Below, one piece after another: positions 44,264-59,655 of a stretch of DNA of 64,000 nucleotides. Location: the NCBI RefSeq assembly GCF_009914755.1, contig NC_060936.1, one strand, 5' to 3'. The DNA is from the human T2T-CHM13v2.0 reference genome, Homo sapiens. The translations under genes were made by a program, and so were the position numbers. Position 1 is the first letter of the stretch; each line of letters begins with the position of its first letter. Under the pieces are notes generated by a model. The model did no database searches. It was not told the DNA's origin and saw only the letters and a list, made by a program, of their open reading frames with translations.

Positions 44264-45369
44264 TACAGTGCAGAAAGCCTGGTCCAAGGACTACCTTTGG
44301 GTAAATGTTGGGGTCCTGTAACCTACTTCTGGCAAACCCCAAATGGATGATACTGAAGAGGCCCCCGCCCCAAAGGAAAATCATCTGCATGCACCAACTG
44401 GCTAACTTTGGGTAAGTGGGGTGCATATACCTGGGTAAAGAATGGGATTGGGTTAGAGGCCCAACTTAGGGAAGTCAGTCTCTCCTAAGACAGAATGGGT
44501 TAGAGGAACCTCTTAATAAAAGGCAAGGATGCTTGACCAACCTTGGCTTAGAGGCCTGACTTTGGGTTAGGAGCTGACTTAGTTGCTTCTAAGATTTAGG
44601 GGGTTGGAGGCTCCTCTCAGTAAAGTCCCTCTTGGCTAAGAGCAGGTTTGGCACCGCAGGCTCTGCTCTTCATATTAACCTGCCTTTTTCTCTTGCTGCA
44701 TGAATCAATTTCTTGGTTGCTGTCTCTGTTTCACTGTCATTTTCAGGAGACTTTATTTAACGGGTCTTAGGGATTTTAACTTACTCTTTTCCTACGTGCC
44801 TCCCGATTTCCGTCCGTCTGCTTGCAAAACATTGGGAGCAAAAAGCATTGATGGCTCCGTCTCTAAAATTGCTGATTGAGATTTGGTATTTAACAGCTAT
44901 GAGCAGTAAGATTAGATAGATGTGGTTACGTTTTGTTGCCACTATGCCGACTAGGTGTGATTGAGAAGCACAAGGATGGAAATCAGGGGACTCTTCCCTT
45001 TGCTTTTTGTTTCATTTCGCACACTGAAAAAACTTCTTTCCTTTCTTGGATTTGGGCAAACTGGCTTTGCTCATCCACTATTGCCCAGAACCTGCTTGCT
45101 CTGGTCCTTCTCATCTAAATCCTCTTCATTTCCTTTGCCTTATTCGACATTTTTGTTAAAGTCCATGTTGTGGTTTATCTAAGATTCATGGCTCAGTTCA
45201 CTTACGTTATTTGGATAATGTGAATAAGAGAATTCAATTTTTGGCAGGGATCCCCTCATTAATGCAGCTGGCCTTCAAAACCTGTCTTAACCTTGTTAGT
45301 GGAACTCGGCCAGTGGCAATACAATCTCGCAGGTTTGGAACTTTTCTTTCAGCATCACCTGCTTCCTTC

Positions 45370-45702
45370 ATGGGAACCACAGCATCGATTCCAAAGAACT
45401 CACCGCTAGAATGTATTCTCGAACACTGGGACCAGTTTCAACGGAATGGGCTTAAGAAGACAAAACTGGTGTTTCTATGTAATACTGGTATTTGGCTTCA
45501 GTATTATTTGGAAAAGCAAGAGAAATGGCCTCCTGCTGGAACTATGGGCTTTAATACTATACTTCAAGTGAGTGTTTTGTAAGTGGGAGGGAAAATGGGA
45601 TGAAATATCATATGTTCAAGCATTTTTGCTGCTCATTCAGGATAAAAACCTGCAGCAGGTGTGTGCATGTTTGATGAGAGGAAAAGAAAAAGAGCTAGAC
45701 AT
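45370..45702 (+). pseudogene. ERV gag matrix remnant
   Basis: MGTTASIPKNSPLECILEHWDQF...LKK.KLVFLCNT..W..Y.L...EKWPPAGT...NTILQ, similar to class I HERV matrix; frameshifted, then cut by an L1. Confidence 0.85.
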
Positions 45703-48700
45703 GGTTCTGTTTATGTGATGGATTACATTTATTGATTTGAGTATGTTGAATCAGCCTTGCATCCTAGGAATGAAGCCAACTTGATTGTGGTGGATAAGCT
45801 TTTTGATGTGCTGCTGGCTTCAGTTTGCCAGTATTTTATTGAGGATTTTCGCATCGATGTTCATCAGGGATATTGGCCTGAAATTTTCTTTTTTTTATTG
45901 CGTCTCTGCCAGGTTTTGGTATCAGGATGATTCTGGTTTCATAAAATGAGTTAGGGAGGAGTCCCTCTTTTTCTGCTGTTTGGAATAGTTTTAGGAGGAA
46001 TGGTACCAGCTCCTCTTTGTACCTCTGGTAAAATTCGGCTGTGAATCCATCTGGTCCTGGGCTTTTTTTGGTTGGTAGGCTATTAATTACTGCCTCAATT
46101 TCAGAACTTGTTATTGGTCTATTCAGGGATTCGACTTCTTCCTGGTTTAGTCTTTGTAGGGTGTGTTTGTCTAGGAATTTATCCATTTCTTCTAGATTTT
46201 CTAGTTTATTTTCCTGGAGGTGTTTGTAGTATTCTCTGATGGTAGTTTGTATATCTGTGGGATCAGTGGAGATATCCCCTTTATCATTTCTTATTTTGTC
46301 TATTTGATTCTTCTCTCTTTTCTTCTTTATTAGTCTGGCTAGCAGTCTCTATTTTGTTAATCTTTTCAAAAAACCACCTCCTGGGTTCATTGATTTTTTT
46401 GAAGGGTTTTTCATGACTCTGTCGCCTTCAGTTCTGCTTTGATCTTACTTATTTCTTGTCTTCTGCTAGCTTTTGAATTTGTTTGCTCTTGTTTCTCTAG
46501 TTCTTTTAATTGTGACGTTAGGGTGTCGAGTTTAGGTCTGAACATATCTCACAATAATAAGAGCTATTTATGAAAAACCCATAGCCAGTATCATACTGAA
46601 TGGGTACAAGCTGGAAGCATTCCTTTTGAAAACCGGCACAAGACAAGGATGTCCTCTCTCACCACTCCTATTCAACACAGTATTGGAAGTTCTGGCCAGG
46701 GTAATCAGGCAAGAGAAAGTAATAAAGCATATTCAAATAGGAAGAGAGGAAGCCAAATTGTCTCTTTGAAGGTGACATGATTGTATATTTAGAAAACCCC
46801 ATTGTCTCAGCCCAAAAACTCCTTAAGCTGATAGGCAACTTCGGCAAAGTCTTAGGATATAAAATCAATATGCAAGTATCACAAGCATTCCCATACACTA
46901 ATAATAGACATGGAGAGAACCAAGTCATGAATGAACCCCCATTCAAAATTGCTAGAAAGAGAATACAATACCTAGGAATACAACTTATGAGGGACATGAA
47001 GGACCTCTTCAAGGAGAACTACAAACTACTGCACAAGGAAATAAGAGAGGACACAAACAAATGGAAAAACATTCCATGCTCGTGGATAGAAAGAATCGGT
47101 ATCGTGAAAATGGCCATGCTGCCCAAAGTAATTTACAGATTCAATGCTATCCCCATCAAGCTACCATTGACTTTCTTCACAGAACTAGAAAAAAACTACT
47201 TTAAATTTCATATGGAACCAAAAAAGAGCCTCTATAGCCAAGACAGTCCTAAGCAAAAAGAACAAAGCTGGCAGCATCACGCTACCTGACTTCAAACAAT
47301 ATCACAAGGCTACAGTAACCAAAACAGCATGGTACTGGTACCAAAACAGATATAGAGACCAATGGAACAGAATAGAGACCTCTGAAATAACACCACACAT
47401 CTACAACCATCTGATCTTCAACACACCTGACAAAAACAAGCAATGGAGAAAGGATTCCCTATTTAATAAATGGTGCTGGGAAAACTGGCTGGCCATATGC
47501 AGAAAACAGAAACCAGACTCCTTCCTTTATACCTTATACAAAAATTAACTCAAGGTGGATTAAAGACTTAAAAATAAAACCTAAAACCACAAAAACCCTA
47601 GAGGAAAACGTAGGCAATACCATTCAGGACATAGGCATAGGCAAAGACTTCATGACTAAAACACCAAAAGCAATGGCAACAAAAGACAAAATTGACAAAT
47701 GAGATCTAATTAAACTAAAGAGCTTCTACACAACAAGAGAAACTATCATTAGAGTGAACAGGCAACCTACAGAATGGGAGAACATTTTTGCAATCTATCC
47801 ATCTGACAAAGGTCTAATATCCAAAATCTACAAGAAATTTAAACAAATTTACAAGAAAAAAACAACCCCATCAAAACGTGGGCAAAGGATATGAAGAGAC
47901 ACTTCTCAAAAGAAGACATTTATGCAGCCAACAAACATGAAAAAAACCTCATCATCACTGATCATTAGAGAAATGCAAATCAAAACCACAATGAGATACC
48001 ATCTCCTGCCAGTCAGAATGGCGATCATTAAAAAGTCAGGAAACAACAGGTGCTGGAGAGGATGTGGAGAAATAGGCACACTTTTACACTGTTGGTGGGA
48101 GTGTAAATTAGTTTAACCATAGTGGAAGACAGTGTGGCGATTCCCCAAGGATCTAGAACCAGAAATACCATTTGACCCAGCAATCCCATTACTGGGTATA
48201 TACCCAAGGGATTATAAACCATTCTACTATAAAGACACATGCACACGTATGTTTATTGCAGCACTATTCACAATAGCAAACACTTGGAACCAACCCAAAT
48301 GCTCATCAATGATAGACTGGATAAAGAAAATGTGGCACATATACACCATGGAATACTATGCAGCCATAAAAGCAAATGAGTTCATGTCCTTTGCAGGGAC
48401 ATGGATGAAGCTGGAAACCATCATCCTCAGCAAACCAACACAGGAACAGAAAACCAAACACCACGTGTTCCCACTCATAAGTGGGAGTTTAACAATGAGA
48501 ACACATGGACACAGGGAGGGGAACATCACCCACCAGGGCCTGTCGGGGGTAGTGGGTAAGGGAAGGGAGAGCATGAGGACAAATACCTAATACATGCTGG
48601 GCTTAAAACCTAGATGATGGGTTGATGGGGGCAGCAAACCATAAGGCACATGCTTACTTATGTAACAAACCTGCATGTTCTGCACATGTATCCCAGAACT

Positions 48701-48730
48701 TAAAGTAAAATAAAATAAAATAAAGAAAAG
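45703..48730 (+). mobile_element. L1PA7/8-like 3-kb insertion with ~835-bp 5' inversion, inside gag
   Basis: Minus orientation 45703-46538, plus orientation from ~46540 to the A-rich tail; about 100 bp of L1 missing at the inversion point; no clean TSD. Confidence 0.93.
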
Positions 48731-50537
48731 AAAACTGGCCATTGGGAGAGGGATTGCCCAGCATCCCAGAGGGAGCCATTGGCACCTGAACCAATGATGG
48801 CCGAAATAGCCAGGCAATCCTGAGTGACGGGGCCCGAGACCTTCCACCACAGCTCCCATTGGACAACTAGCCATATCTCTGGAGGAGCCTCGGGTAACCC
48901 TTGATGTGGCAGGTAAGAATAGTAACTTCCTTCTGGAATGCTTAGTCGGTTTTCACCCATTGTAATGGGCCTCAGTCATCCCAAAACTGTACTGTCAAGG
49001 GGACAGATGGACAAGTCCATGGATGCCATTTTACTTATCCTTTAAGCTGCTCTTCAGGGACTTTGGTTTTCTCCTGAATGCCCCACTCCCTGTTGGGAAA
49101 GGATCTGTTAACTCAGCTGCAAACAGTAGTATCTTTTTGAAATTATAAGGCAGACAGAAATTGCTCCTTCTCCTTTCCTGTGAACAAATAACCAGGCTTT
49201 GTTGCTAGATGCTCCGGATATAACACTTGAAGTATGCCAGACTTTGAATCCAGCTACCTATTTGCCTGAACCCACAGGCACCCTAGGTCATTCTTGTATT
49301 CAAGTTATGGAGCAAGTTTACTCCAATCATCCATATTTAAAAGATGAGGCTCTAGATAATCCTGAGGTAGAATGGTTTATAGGCAGAAGTAGCTTTGTGC
49401 ACCAAGGAAAAAGGACAACAAACTGTTAATACCAGGTGCTAATCAGTGGAAAATAGTTAAGCATTTGCATGACTCTACTCATTGGGGAAGAGAGTCCTTG
49501 TTTCAATTAATGTCTTACCTTTTTATAGGAAAAGGCTTATTTAAAACAGTAAAGCAGGTAACTTGGGCCTGTGAACTATGTGTCGGGAATAATCCAAATA
49601 ACCAACCTTCACCTCCTGCTCTAGTAAGGCCTGTTCAGCACACGGGAACATACCCTGGCAAAGATCGGCAAGTAGGTTATACTCACATGCTCCCATGTAA
49701 AGAGTTTAAATATTTATTAGTATTCATTGACACATTTACCAGTTGGATCAAGGCTTTTCCTATCCGGTCTGAAAAGGCAATTGAGGTTTCTAAACTCTTG
49801 CTAAAGGAAATAATTCCTAGATCTGGGCTGCCTAAGGGCTTACGGAGCAATAATGGCCCATCTTTCCCAGCGACAATTACCCAAAACATATCTTCAGCCC
49901 TAGGAATTCAGTACCACCTTCACTTGGCATGGAGGTCAGTCTTCGGGGAAAGTAGAAAGAGCTAATCAAACTCTAAAAAGGACTGTTGCTAAACTATGCC
50001 AAGAAACATCAGAAATCTGGCTGTCTTTATTACCTGTAGCCTTATTACGGGTTCGAGTGGTCCCTAAGGGAAATCTGCACCTCAGCCCTTTTGAAATAAT
50101 GAATGGAAGACCTTTCTTAACTACAGGCCTCCTAATAGACATAGATAATTTCAAGCTACAGATTTATGTGATCAACTTAGGACAAGTGCAAAACACACTC
50201 CTTGAATATGGAAATCAAAGACTTCTCTTCCCCAGCTAAGGAAGAGAACCTTGTTACAACCCAGCAGGGAAGTTGGATCCTATTAAATACTTGGAAGGAA
50301 AGATCCCCAGCAGATCAACTTTCTCCCAAAATGGAAGGAACCTATCAAGTTTTCCATAGTACCCCAACTGCAGTTAAACTTCTGGGAATAAATAGTTGGG
50401 TCCACTTATCTCGAATTCAGCCTGTCTCTTATGAAGTCCCACAGGCCAACGGAACACAAGAGACAGATCCCGTTTATTCCCGTGAGCCAATCAGTGACCT
50501 CCGACTCCTGTTCAGGAGAAATGAAGGGGATGGGTAA
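48731..50537 (+). pseudogene. ERV nucleocapsid end, protease, pol tether and integrase remnants (RT absent)
   Basis: GHWERDCP knuckle end; LLDAPDITLEVCQTLNPATYLP; integrase HDSTHWG...CELC, YLLVFIDTFTSWIKAFP, RSNNGPSF; C-terminal SWVHLSRI. Confidence 0.88.
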
Positions 50538-51804
50538 CATAAATACATGGATTTGTATTCTACTTTTGGGTATAAGTTGGAATCAGGCAGAGAGTGACTT
50601 ATTTACTGAGTGGGCCCAGACTTCAGCCTCTCTGCATAATCAGACAAACTGTTGGGTATGTGGAGAATTGCCACTTTCCTCCACTTCCAGTTGCCCTGGC
50701 ATATTCAACCAACCAACCCAAGTTCATGGGGATTTTATTATGACTGGGAAACTGAACATCATAAACATAATCCCTCTTTTCCCATGTATCATAGCCACAC
50801 GGGCCTTAGCCCCTTCCCCTCCTATAAAGAGACAAGAAGGCACCTTTTTAACCTAATTAGAAAACAGCTAAACTCCACCCCAACTTTAGGTTATGCTATA
50901 CATGACGAATGAGGGCAAATGACAGCTGTTCCAGTGCAGGTATCAGGCAAAGCTCCTGCATGTTTTGAAAGCCTCAATAATAGTCACCACCAGACTGAAA
51001 CCCACGATATAGGATGGCTGTCACCTCAACAATGTAATCAGACCCTTCTTCTAACAGACCAGATGTGGATGGGATGGCAAGATAATCTGCCAAAAATGGA
51101 TGACTACCCTTCTCTTCGGGGATGGTTATGGGCTTGTGGAACACATGGCTGGCCTGGCCATACTTACCTTATAACTGGACTGGAAGATGTATGTGAGGTC
51201 GTGCTTATCTCCCAGGATGCATCCTCACCAAATTGGACTCTCTCCCATCTAACTGGGAAATGGTAAAAGCTCACCATAGGTGACAAAAACGGGCATCTCA
51301 GTGGTTCTATCCGATGGCTATATTTTCCCCACAGGCACCTACAATCAGTATCCAGTTACAAGTTAAAGCCTTAGCCAAGCACACTGCTGCAGCTTTCAAT
51401 AATACACGCCCTGGCCGTACCTCCTAACTGAGGAAACTTCTCAGATTAGGCAGGTAGGCTTACAAAACCCTATGGCTTTGGACATTTTAACAGCGGCCCA
51501 AGAGGGAACTTGTGCTTTGATCGAAGCCGAATGTTGTGTGTACGTTCCAGACTATTCACATAAGATTACCCAGGCTATGAAAGCTTTAGACACTCACATC
51601 TCTGCCATTGCTGCACTATCAGTCAACCCTATCTCAGTTTGGTTCCAACAACTGCCCAGTTCTTGGAATGCCTTTCTGCTTAGTTTACTTGGAATGATTT
51701 TACTCATCGTGCTTTGCTGTTGTGGAATATATTGTGGTTGTGCTCTTTGTGTAAGAATGAAAGACAAGTTCACTCAACGCTTTCTTAAATTGGAAACTTG
51801 TTAA
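50530..51804 (+). pseudogene. ERV env remnant (gamma-type)
   Basis: Signal peptide MGNINTWICILLLGISW, CWVC motif, ISD LQNPMALDILTAAQEGT, CX6CC (CALIEAECC), hydrophobic anchor; broken by several stops and frameshifts. Confidence 0.9.
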
Positions 51805-52433
51805 TCTCCCAGATATCACCTTTTGTTGGAACTTGGAGTTAAGAACAACCCTCACCATACCAGTGCTCTCTGACTGAGCTTCTCTCTACCCTGAATGCAA
51901 GACACCCTCGCAGTTAGGCAGGAATATCATCACTCCTATTCAGCCTGAAGAAGTTACAGAAGATGGATCCTCATCCCTCTGCAACTCTTCAGATTAAGGA
52001 TCCTGTTGTAAAGGGAAGAGGGAGATATGTCAGAGGCGTTCGAACCAGAGCGACTCCATCTTGAGTAAGGGCTGGAAAGTGAGGCTGGGACTTGCTGGGC
52101 TGCGTTCCCAGGAAGTTGGGCATTCCCAGCCTCAAGATGTTTATGGGTAAGGGAACAAATTAATAATGTGTACTAAACAGACCCAGAGTTGGAGTGTCCT
52201 GATATCCCGATATCTTGAGAACAAAGACATTCCTAATTTTCTTTAAAGATAATAATATTGATTCTTGCAAAATATAGTAATAAGAAAATTAATCCTTTAT
52301 CACAAACCCTTGTAGCAGAACACACATCCCCAAATATACAAGCTTTGTACCTAGGGTGGACGCCTTCCTCCTTTTACTTTCAAGAACATCCTACTCTGTC
52401 TATGAAGTAGCTGTCCTTTCACCACTTTACTTT

Positions 52434-52935
52434 TTTTTTTTTTTTCCTAGCATCAGAGTGAACAGGCAACCTACTGAATGGGAGAAAGTTTTTGCAATCT
52501 ATGTATCTGACAAAGGTCTAATATCCAGAATCTACAAGGAACTTAAACAAATTTACAAGAAAAAAACAAACATCTCCATCAAAAAATAGGCAAAGGATAT
52601 GAACAGACCCTTCTCAAAAGAAGACATTTATGTGGTCAACAAACATATGAAAAAAAGCTCATCATCACTGATCATTAGAGAAATGCAAATCAAAACCACA
52701 ATGAGATACCATCTCATGCCAGTCAGAATGGCGATTATTAAAAGGTTAGGAAACAATAGATGTTGGCGAGGCTGTGGAGAAATAGGAATGGTTTTACACT
52801 GTTGGTGGGAGTATAAATTAGTTCAGCCATCGTGGAAGACAGTGTGGCAATTCCTCAAGGACCTAGAACCAGAAATACCACTTGACCCAGCAATCCCATT
52901 ACTGGGTATATACCCAAAGGATTACAAATCATTCT
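52434..52935 (-). mobile_element. L1PA insertion in the 3' LTR: poly(A) on minus, 485-bp ORF2 segment inverted (plus)
   Basis: TSD ACCACTTTACTTT at 52421 and 52936; T tract, cctag, then plus-orientation L1 52451-52935. Confidence 0.88.
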
Positions 52936-54174
52936 ACCACTTTACTTTCTTAATAAACTTGCTTTTGATTTGCACTGTGCACTTGCCCTGAATTCTTTCT
53001 TGTGCAAGATCCAACAACCCTCTCTTGGGGTCTGGATTGGGACCTCTTTCCTGTAACTCCAGGAATCAGTTTCTGTCCTTTCCCCCTCCCTCCCTCCCTC
53101 CCTGCCTCCCTCCTTCCCTTCCTTCCTTCTCTCTTCTTTTTATCCAGGAAGATTCCAACATGCAAACAGGATTGTGAACAACCATGTTAGAGGTTTATCA
53201 AAGCTTAATTATATGGATATCTGTGCTCTTGGAAGTATTCAGTAAACAATAGCATTAGAGGTGGAATGCACTAAGTCTACTTGGGGGAGATGATTGGTAA
53301 AATGTATGAAGCAAGGAAAATTTAAAAAACATGAATTTTAGATGTCTGTGAGAATGAATAAAGAGGTGACAAGAACAGAGTTTCAGGCAAGGGGACATAG
53401 GGTCTGAAGGAACCCAAACTGTTCAAACATCACTTCCGAACAGTTTGGATTCAGAAACAAGAGTCCCATCCTGCCAGCCCCCCTCTTCTCCTCCCCATCG
53501 CTGAGTCAAATAGGTAGCTATCAGGGTGAGCAGGGCTTGATTTGGGGGCTCCATGGAGAAGGCAGCATTGCAGTTGAGATTGGGCAGGTTTTGCTTGGAG
53601 GACAAAGTGCAATCATCAGGAGAAAGGCACGGGGCTATGTCAGACTTGTGAACCTGGAAGCATTCTGGGAATGGGACCTGCCTGTAGTTTAGTTTTGCCC
53701 ACTGGTGTGGTTGCTATTTTGTGTTTAGCACAGGTAAACCAAACATCTTCCTTCCCTGACCTGCTTGCCATCATCCATTGTATGGAGGGCAATGAAAAAG
53801 GAAGCGGAGTAGTGAGCCCAGCCTCTACATACAGCTCAAACACCTCCTGACTGACTCCACAGGTGTGGATTTGGAGGCATCTCTCGGAGGTCTAATCTTC
53901 TCGCACGGAGCCAATGAACAGCTCCTTCCCAACACAGACAGCTCTTCTCATTCCCCAATAATGCTCACTAGTGCAGACTCCTTTGTGCATGGGACTCAAA
54001 ATCTAAACCTTTCCACCAGAAAGGGATGCACTTAAATAGATGAAGTCAAAACTGTTGGCCATAAGCAACAGCCTGAAATGTCCTTTTAGAAGACAAGGGT
54101 CCAGCTCAGCCCAGGCACAGACAAGGACCCTGTCCTTCAGGGCTGAGGCACAGAGACCTGAAAACAAAAGCTAA

Positions 54175-54622
<448 letters not shown>

Positions 54623-56055
54623 TTTATTGGGTATTTTTTTAATGTGCCAAACACTGCTTTAAAAGCTTTTTATGTCTTACCCCATGTAATCTTCACAGTA
54701 TTCCAATGAATAAGGTGACATTATTACTCCCAGTTTCCAGGTAAAAAATCTATTCTCCATGAAGCTAAACATTTGTCCAGGGTTACCCAGCTAATAAACG
54801 GAGGAGTCAAGAGATCTGACAGCAGAATGTCCACTCTTGATTTCTGCCTAATATGCTCCCACCTCTTCTTCCAGTGCAAGAACATGCATGCTTATAAGAA
54901 TGAAGACCACTGAAGCACCTTTCCATCCCCCACTATAAATGTAGGGAAGTATGTTATGCAGAGCTTACCTGAGACCCAGAAACTGATATGAATGCTTCAC
55001 ATAAATTCTGCAGAAGCAAAGCTGGTACATTTTTGTCACAAGAGACTTTGCAGTTAGCTTTGCCTTTAAAATCTTCTACCAACTCTTTAAGTCCGATACT
55101 GTGTCTAAAAATCAAATAAAGCTGTGGAAACTACCATATTAGACAGGAAAGCTTACCATTCATTTGGAGAGATCAAAAATAGACATTGTGGACTTTGTAC
55201 GACAATGTAGACACTGACCTCTGAGAGTAAGAACTATTTAGAGCTAAGTATTTGAGATGCAAGTCAATGCATCTTAAACCTACCTGTATGCTTTTTTTTT
55301 CCAGAATAGAAACTCAACATAGTAGGATAGGTCCTTAAAAAGCACACCAACAATCAAACCTCACTCTGCAACCGCCTACGTGGGCAACTGGGTGCCAGCG
55401 CCTGTGTGAGTGCTTGGGGTAAGGTGGAGGGGTGGGTGGGGGAAGCGGAGAGTGAAATTCTATTTCCAACTTAAGTTTTTCCAGATGGTACTCTAAAGCA
55501 TAAATTGGTAAAATTTTGAAAACAAAAGTGAAGTTAGAGAGAAGGCGAATCTAGTATCTGAACGACCCTTTCCTTGGAGATGTTCTTCCAACAATTCAGA
55601 ACACCTTCCAAAGGTTATCTGAATGAGAGAATATTTATTTTTAGGCAGCAAATTATGGTGGATAGTGTCAGCATTCCACTCAAATCTCTGCATTTCACTT
55701 TAAAAAGCCGTTCCCGTGTTCCTTCACACTGGCTTCAATGTGTGCTTTTGTTCTTAACAATCTGTACCTGCAACTTTCCTTGATGACTCTTTTTAGTTTC
55801 TGAAGTCTCCTTGCCCACAAGCGCAAAGAGCCTAAAGTGCCTGAGAGTTCCTGGCCCTTGGAGGGGCCCTCACGCAGAGTCCGATGCTGGAGGTGACAGC
55901 CCTGCTCCTGTGCCTCTAGCTGGGGTATCAAAGGCAGCAGGATCGCTTGCCCTCCAGAGCCACCCCCGACGGGATCAGGGTGAAGCTACCCTGCACGCGA
56001 TTTCATCTGAAACTTCATTTGGGTTCTCCACCCATTCCCGTCGTACTTTCCCTGA

Positions 56056-56459
<404 letters not shown>

Positions 56460-56538
56460 GGGATTTTTAAAGTAAGGCGGATGCCGAAGTCAATTAACAA
56501 ATGCTACACGAAAGCTTCTGGCAATAAATAAGAAACGA

Positions 56539-56663
56539 GGCCGGGCTCGGTGACTCATGCCTGTAATCCTAACACTTTGGGAGGCCTAGGCGGGAGGGCT
56601 GCTTGACCCCAGGAGTTGGAGACTATTCCGGACAACATGGTGAAACCCTGTCTCTACAAAAAA

Positions 56664-56710
<47 letters not shown>

Positions 56711-56867
56711 AATAAAAATACAAAAATTAGCCAGGCATGGTGGTGTGTGCCTGTAGTCCTAGCTACTCATGAAGCTGAGGTGGGAGGATCGCTTGAGCCT
56801 GGGAGGTCAAGGCAGCAGTGAGCTGAGATTGTGCCACTGCACTCCAGCCTGGGTGAAAGAGTGAGAC
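56539..56867 (+). mobile_element. AluJ with (AAAT)n linker expansion
   Basis: ggaggatcgcttgagcctgggaggtcaaggcagcag J-type right arm. Confidence 0.92.
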
Positions 56868-56975
56868 AAAGAAAGGAAGGAAAGAAAAGAAAGAAACAAA
56901 ACAAAGGAAGGAAAGGAAAGGTAAGGAAAGGAGAGGAGAGGAGAGGGGAGGGGAGGGGAGGGGAGGGGAGGGCAA

Positions 56976-57752
<777 letters not shown>

Positions 57753-58389
57753 CTAGCTCCACTTTGGAAGAATTTTCCAGACTGCGTCAATCTTCGTCGG
57801 CAATGGCACTTTGGAAATTTGCATCAGACATACCCATAGGCTACCAAAGGTCTCCCCAGTGGAAGATCTGCTGTCATCCTCTCCCATTCCCGCCTTGACA
57901 TCTCATTATCAAGATGAAAGTCAAGATATTACTCAAACAAATTGTTTCCTCTTGGACATTATCACAGGATTAAAGTTTCCCATTACTGACATCCTTTTTC
58001 TGACCTTTTCATCAGCATTTTCAGTATAAAAACTTTTCATTATGAAGTCAAATATTCATGATCCTTTTAATGTACGTACTTTATAATGAGATTTTTGTCA
58101 TCATAAATTTGTCTTCTTGTGTCCTCTATTTCTATCTTATAATACCCTGAGGTCTGGTAACCAGAGTCATTCTGGAAAAAAACAACTGGAAAGGTTGTAG
58201 CTTGAGCCAAGTCGTGCTGCACATCTTCCTTTTATTTCTGGGTTTCATTGCTCGGTTTTCCTTTATTTTCCTCGTTCATTCAATCGTTCAGTCATTCCAA
58301 TGACATTTCTGGAACCCTTGTTGTTTGTTGGTTACTGTTCTTGGTGATGGAGATATAGGTTAAAGATGAGCTAAAGAAGATGAAGATCA

Positions 58390-58562
58390 GGTGGTGGCCT
58401 GGGACTGGCTCCTGGGCGCTGATTCTGCACTCTCTCTACAGCTCCACGTGCAGCGACATTACTTTGGTAGTTTGAAATTGGCCACGGTGGAGTATTTATA
58501 CTATGAAAATTGGCAGACACCACAAATCAGGGCTTCTTTATTCCAGCTCCCAGAGGACACTG
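58390..58562. mobile_element. MER63-like hAT fragment
   Basis: ttggtagtttgaaattggccacggtggagtattta...gaaaattggca...caaatcagggctt. Confidence 0.6.
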
Positions 58563-58994
58563 CTGAAGACTGTCACTTTTCTAGAGCATACAGTCTGTAG
58601 GGGAGGTGGGAGGTGGACATTAAATAAACAATCACATCAACCAACATAAATTGGCAACTGTAAGAAAAGAAGAGCAGAGGTATTTGGTGAAATAACAGTC
58701 TATCTCAGAGGACCTGAGTGTAGCCAAGGAGGCCAAGGACAGTTTCTCAGAGGAGACCATGCTTGGGATGTGAACCCCAATGAAGAATGGGTAGAGGCAA
58801 AGGGAATTCCAGGGAGAAGGAACTGCAGGCACAAATGCTCTGCTGCTGGAGAGAGGAAAATGGACCAGAAAAACAAAGACAAAAAAACCCAGGTGGCTGA
58901 ACTACCCAGAGGGCTTGGGATTGAGGAAGGAGATGCTGTTGAGCTGTGGGTAGAAGAAATTTCAAGCTTTTTTTTTTTTTAAATGTCCATTTTA

Positions 58995-59420
58995 ACTTTA
59001 TTCACAGTATCATAGTAGCCAAAGGTGAAAACAACCTCTCTATTGACAGATGAATGGATAAACAAAATGTAGTATATCCACATGATGGCATATTATTCAG
59101 TTACAAGAAGGAAAGAAGTTCCGAGTCATAGTACTGCATAAGTGAACTTTGTACACATCATGGGAAGTGAAATAAGCCAGACACATAGTACAATATTGTA
59201 TGATTCCACTAATATGAAACATCAACAATAGGCCAATCCATAGAGACAGAAAGTATATTTAGAGGGGCTGGGCCGGGGGACAATAGAGTTATTGCTGATG
59301 GTTACAGAGTTTCTGTTTGGGGTAATGAAAATGTTTCGGTGGTGATGGTGGTACAACATTATGAACGTAATTAATTCCACTGAATTGCACACTTAAAAAT
59401 GGCTAAAATGGCAAATTTTA
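58995..59420 (+). mobile_element. Old L1MB-like 3' fragment
   Basis: acagatgaatggataaacaaaatg...tgtatgattccact...tagagacagaaagta...cacttaaaaatgg. Confidence 0.8.
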
Positions 59421-59467
59421 AGGACATTTCAAGTCTTTTCAAGTCACATTGAGCGTTGTGTCTTTCA

Positions 59468-59655
59468 CAGTCAGCAAACTCTGGCCAGTCAAATCCAAGC
59501 CATAGCTTGTTTATGCGCAGTTCCTGAACTAAAAATGGATTTTATATTTTTGAACTTAAAAAGAAAAGAATATGCAGCATAAAAAGTATATGGCTCACAG
59601 AGCCTGAAATATTGCTATCTCACCCCTTCCAGGAAAAGCTGGCCAATGCCTGGCC
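59468..59655 (+). mobile_element. MER58-family MITE
   Basis: gtcagcaaact...aactaaaaatgg...gcctgaaatatt...ggccaa. Confidence 0.6.

Noticed and set aside
50530-51804. Domesticated syncytin-like env gene
   Set aside because: Several stops and frameshifts split SU and TM; only a 110-codon TM tail is open, without a signal peptide.
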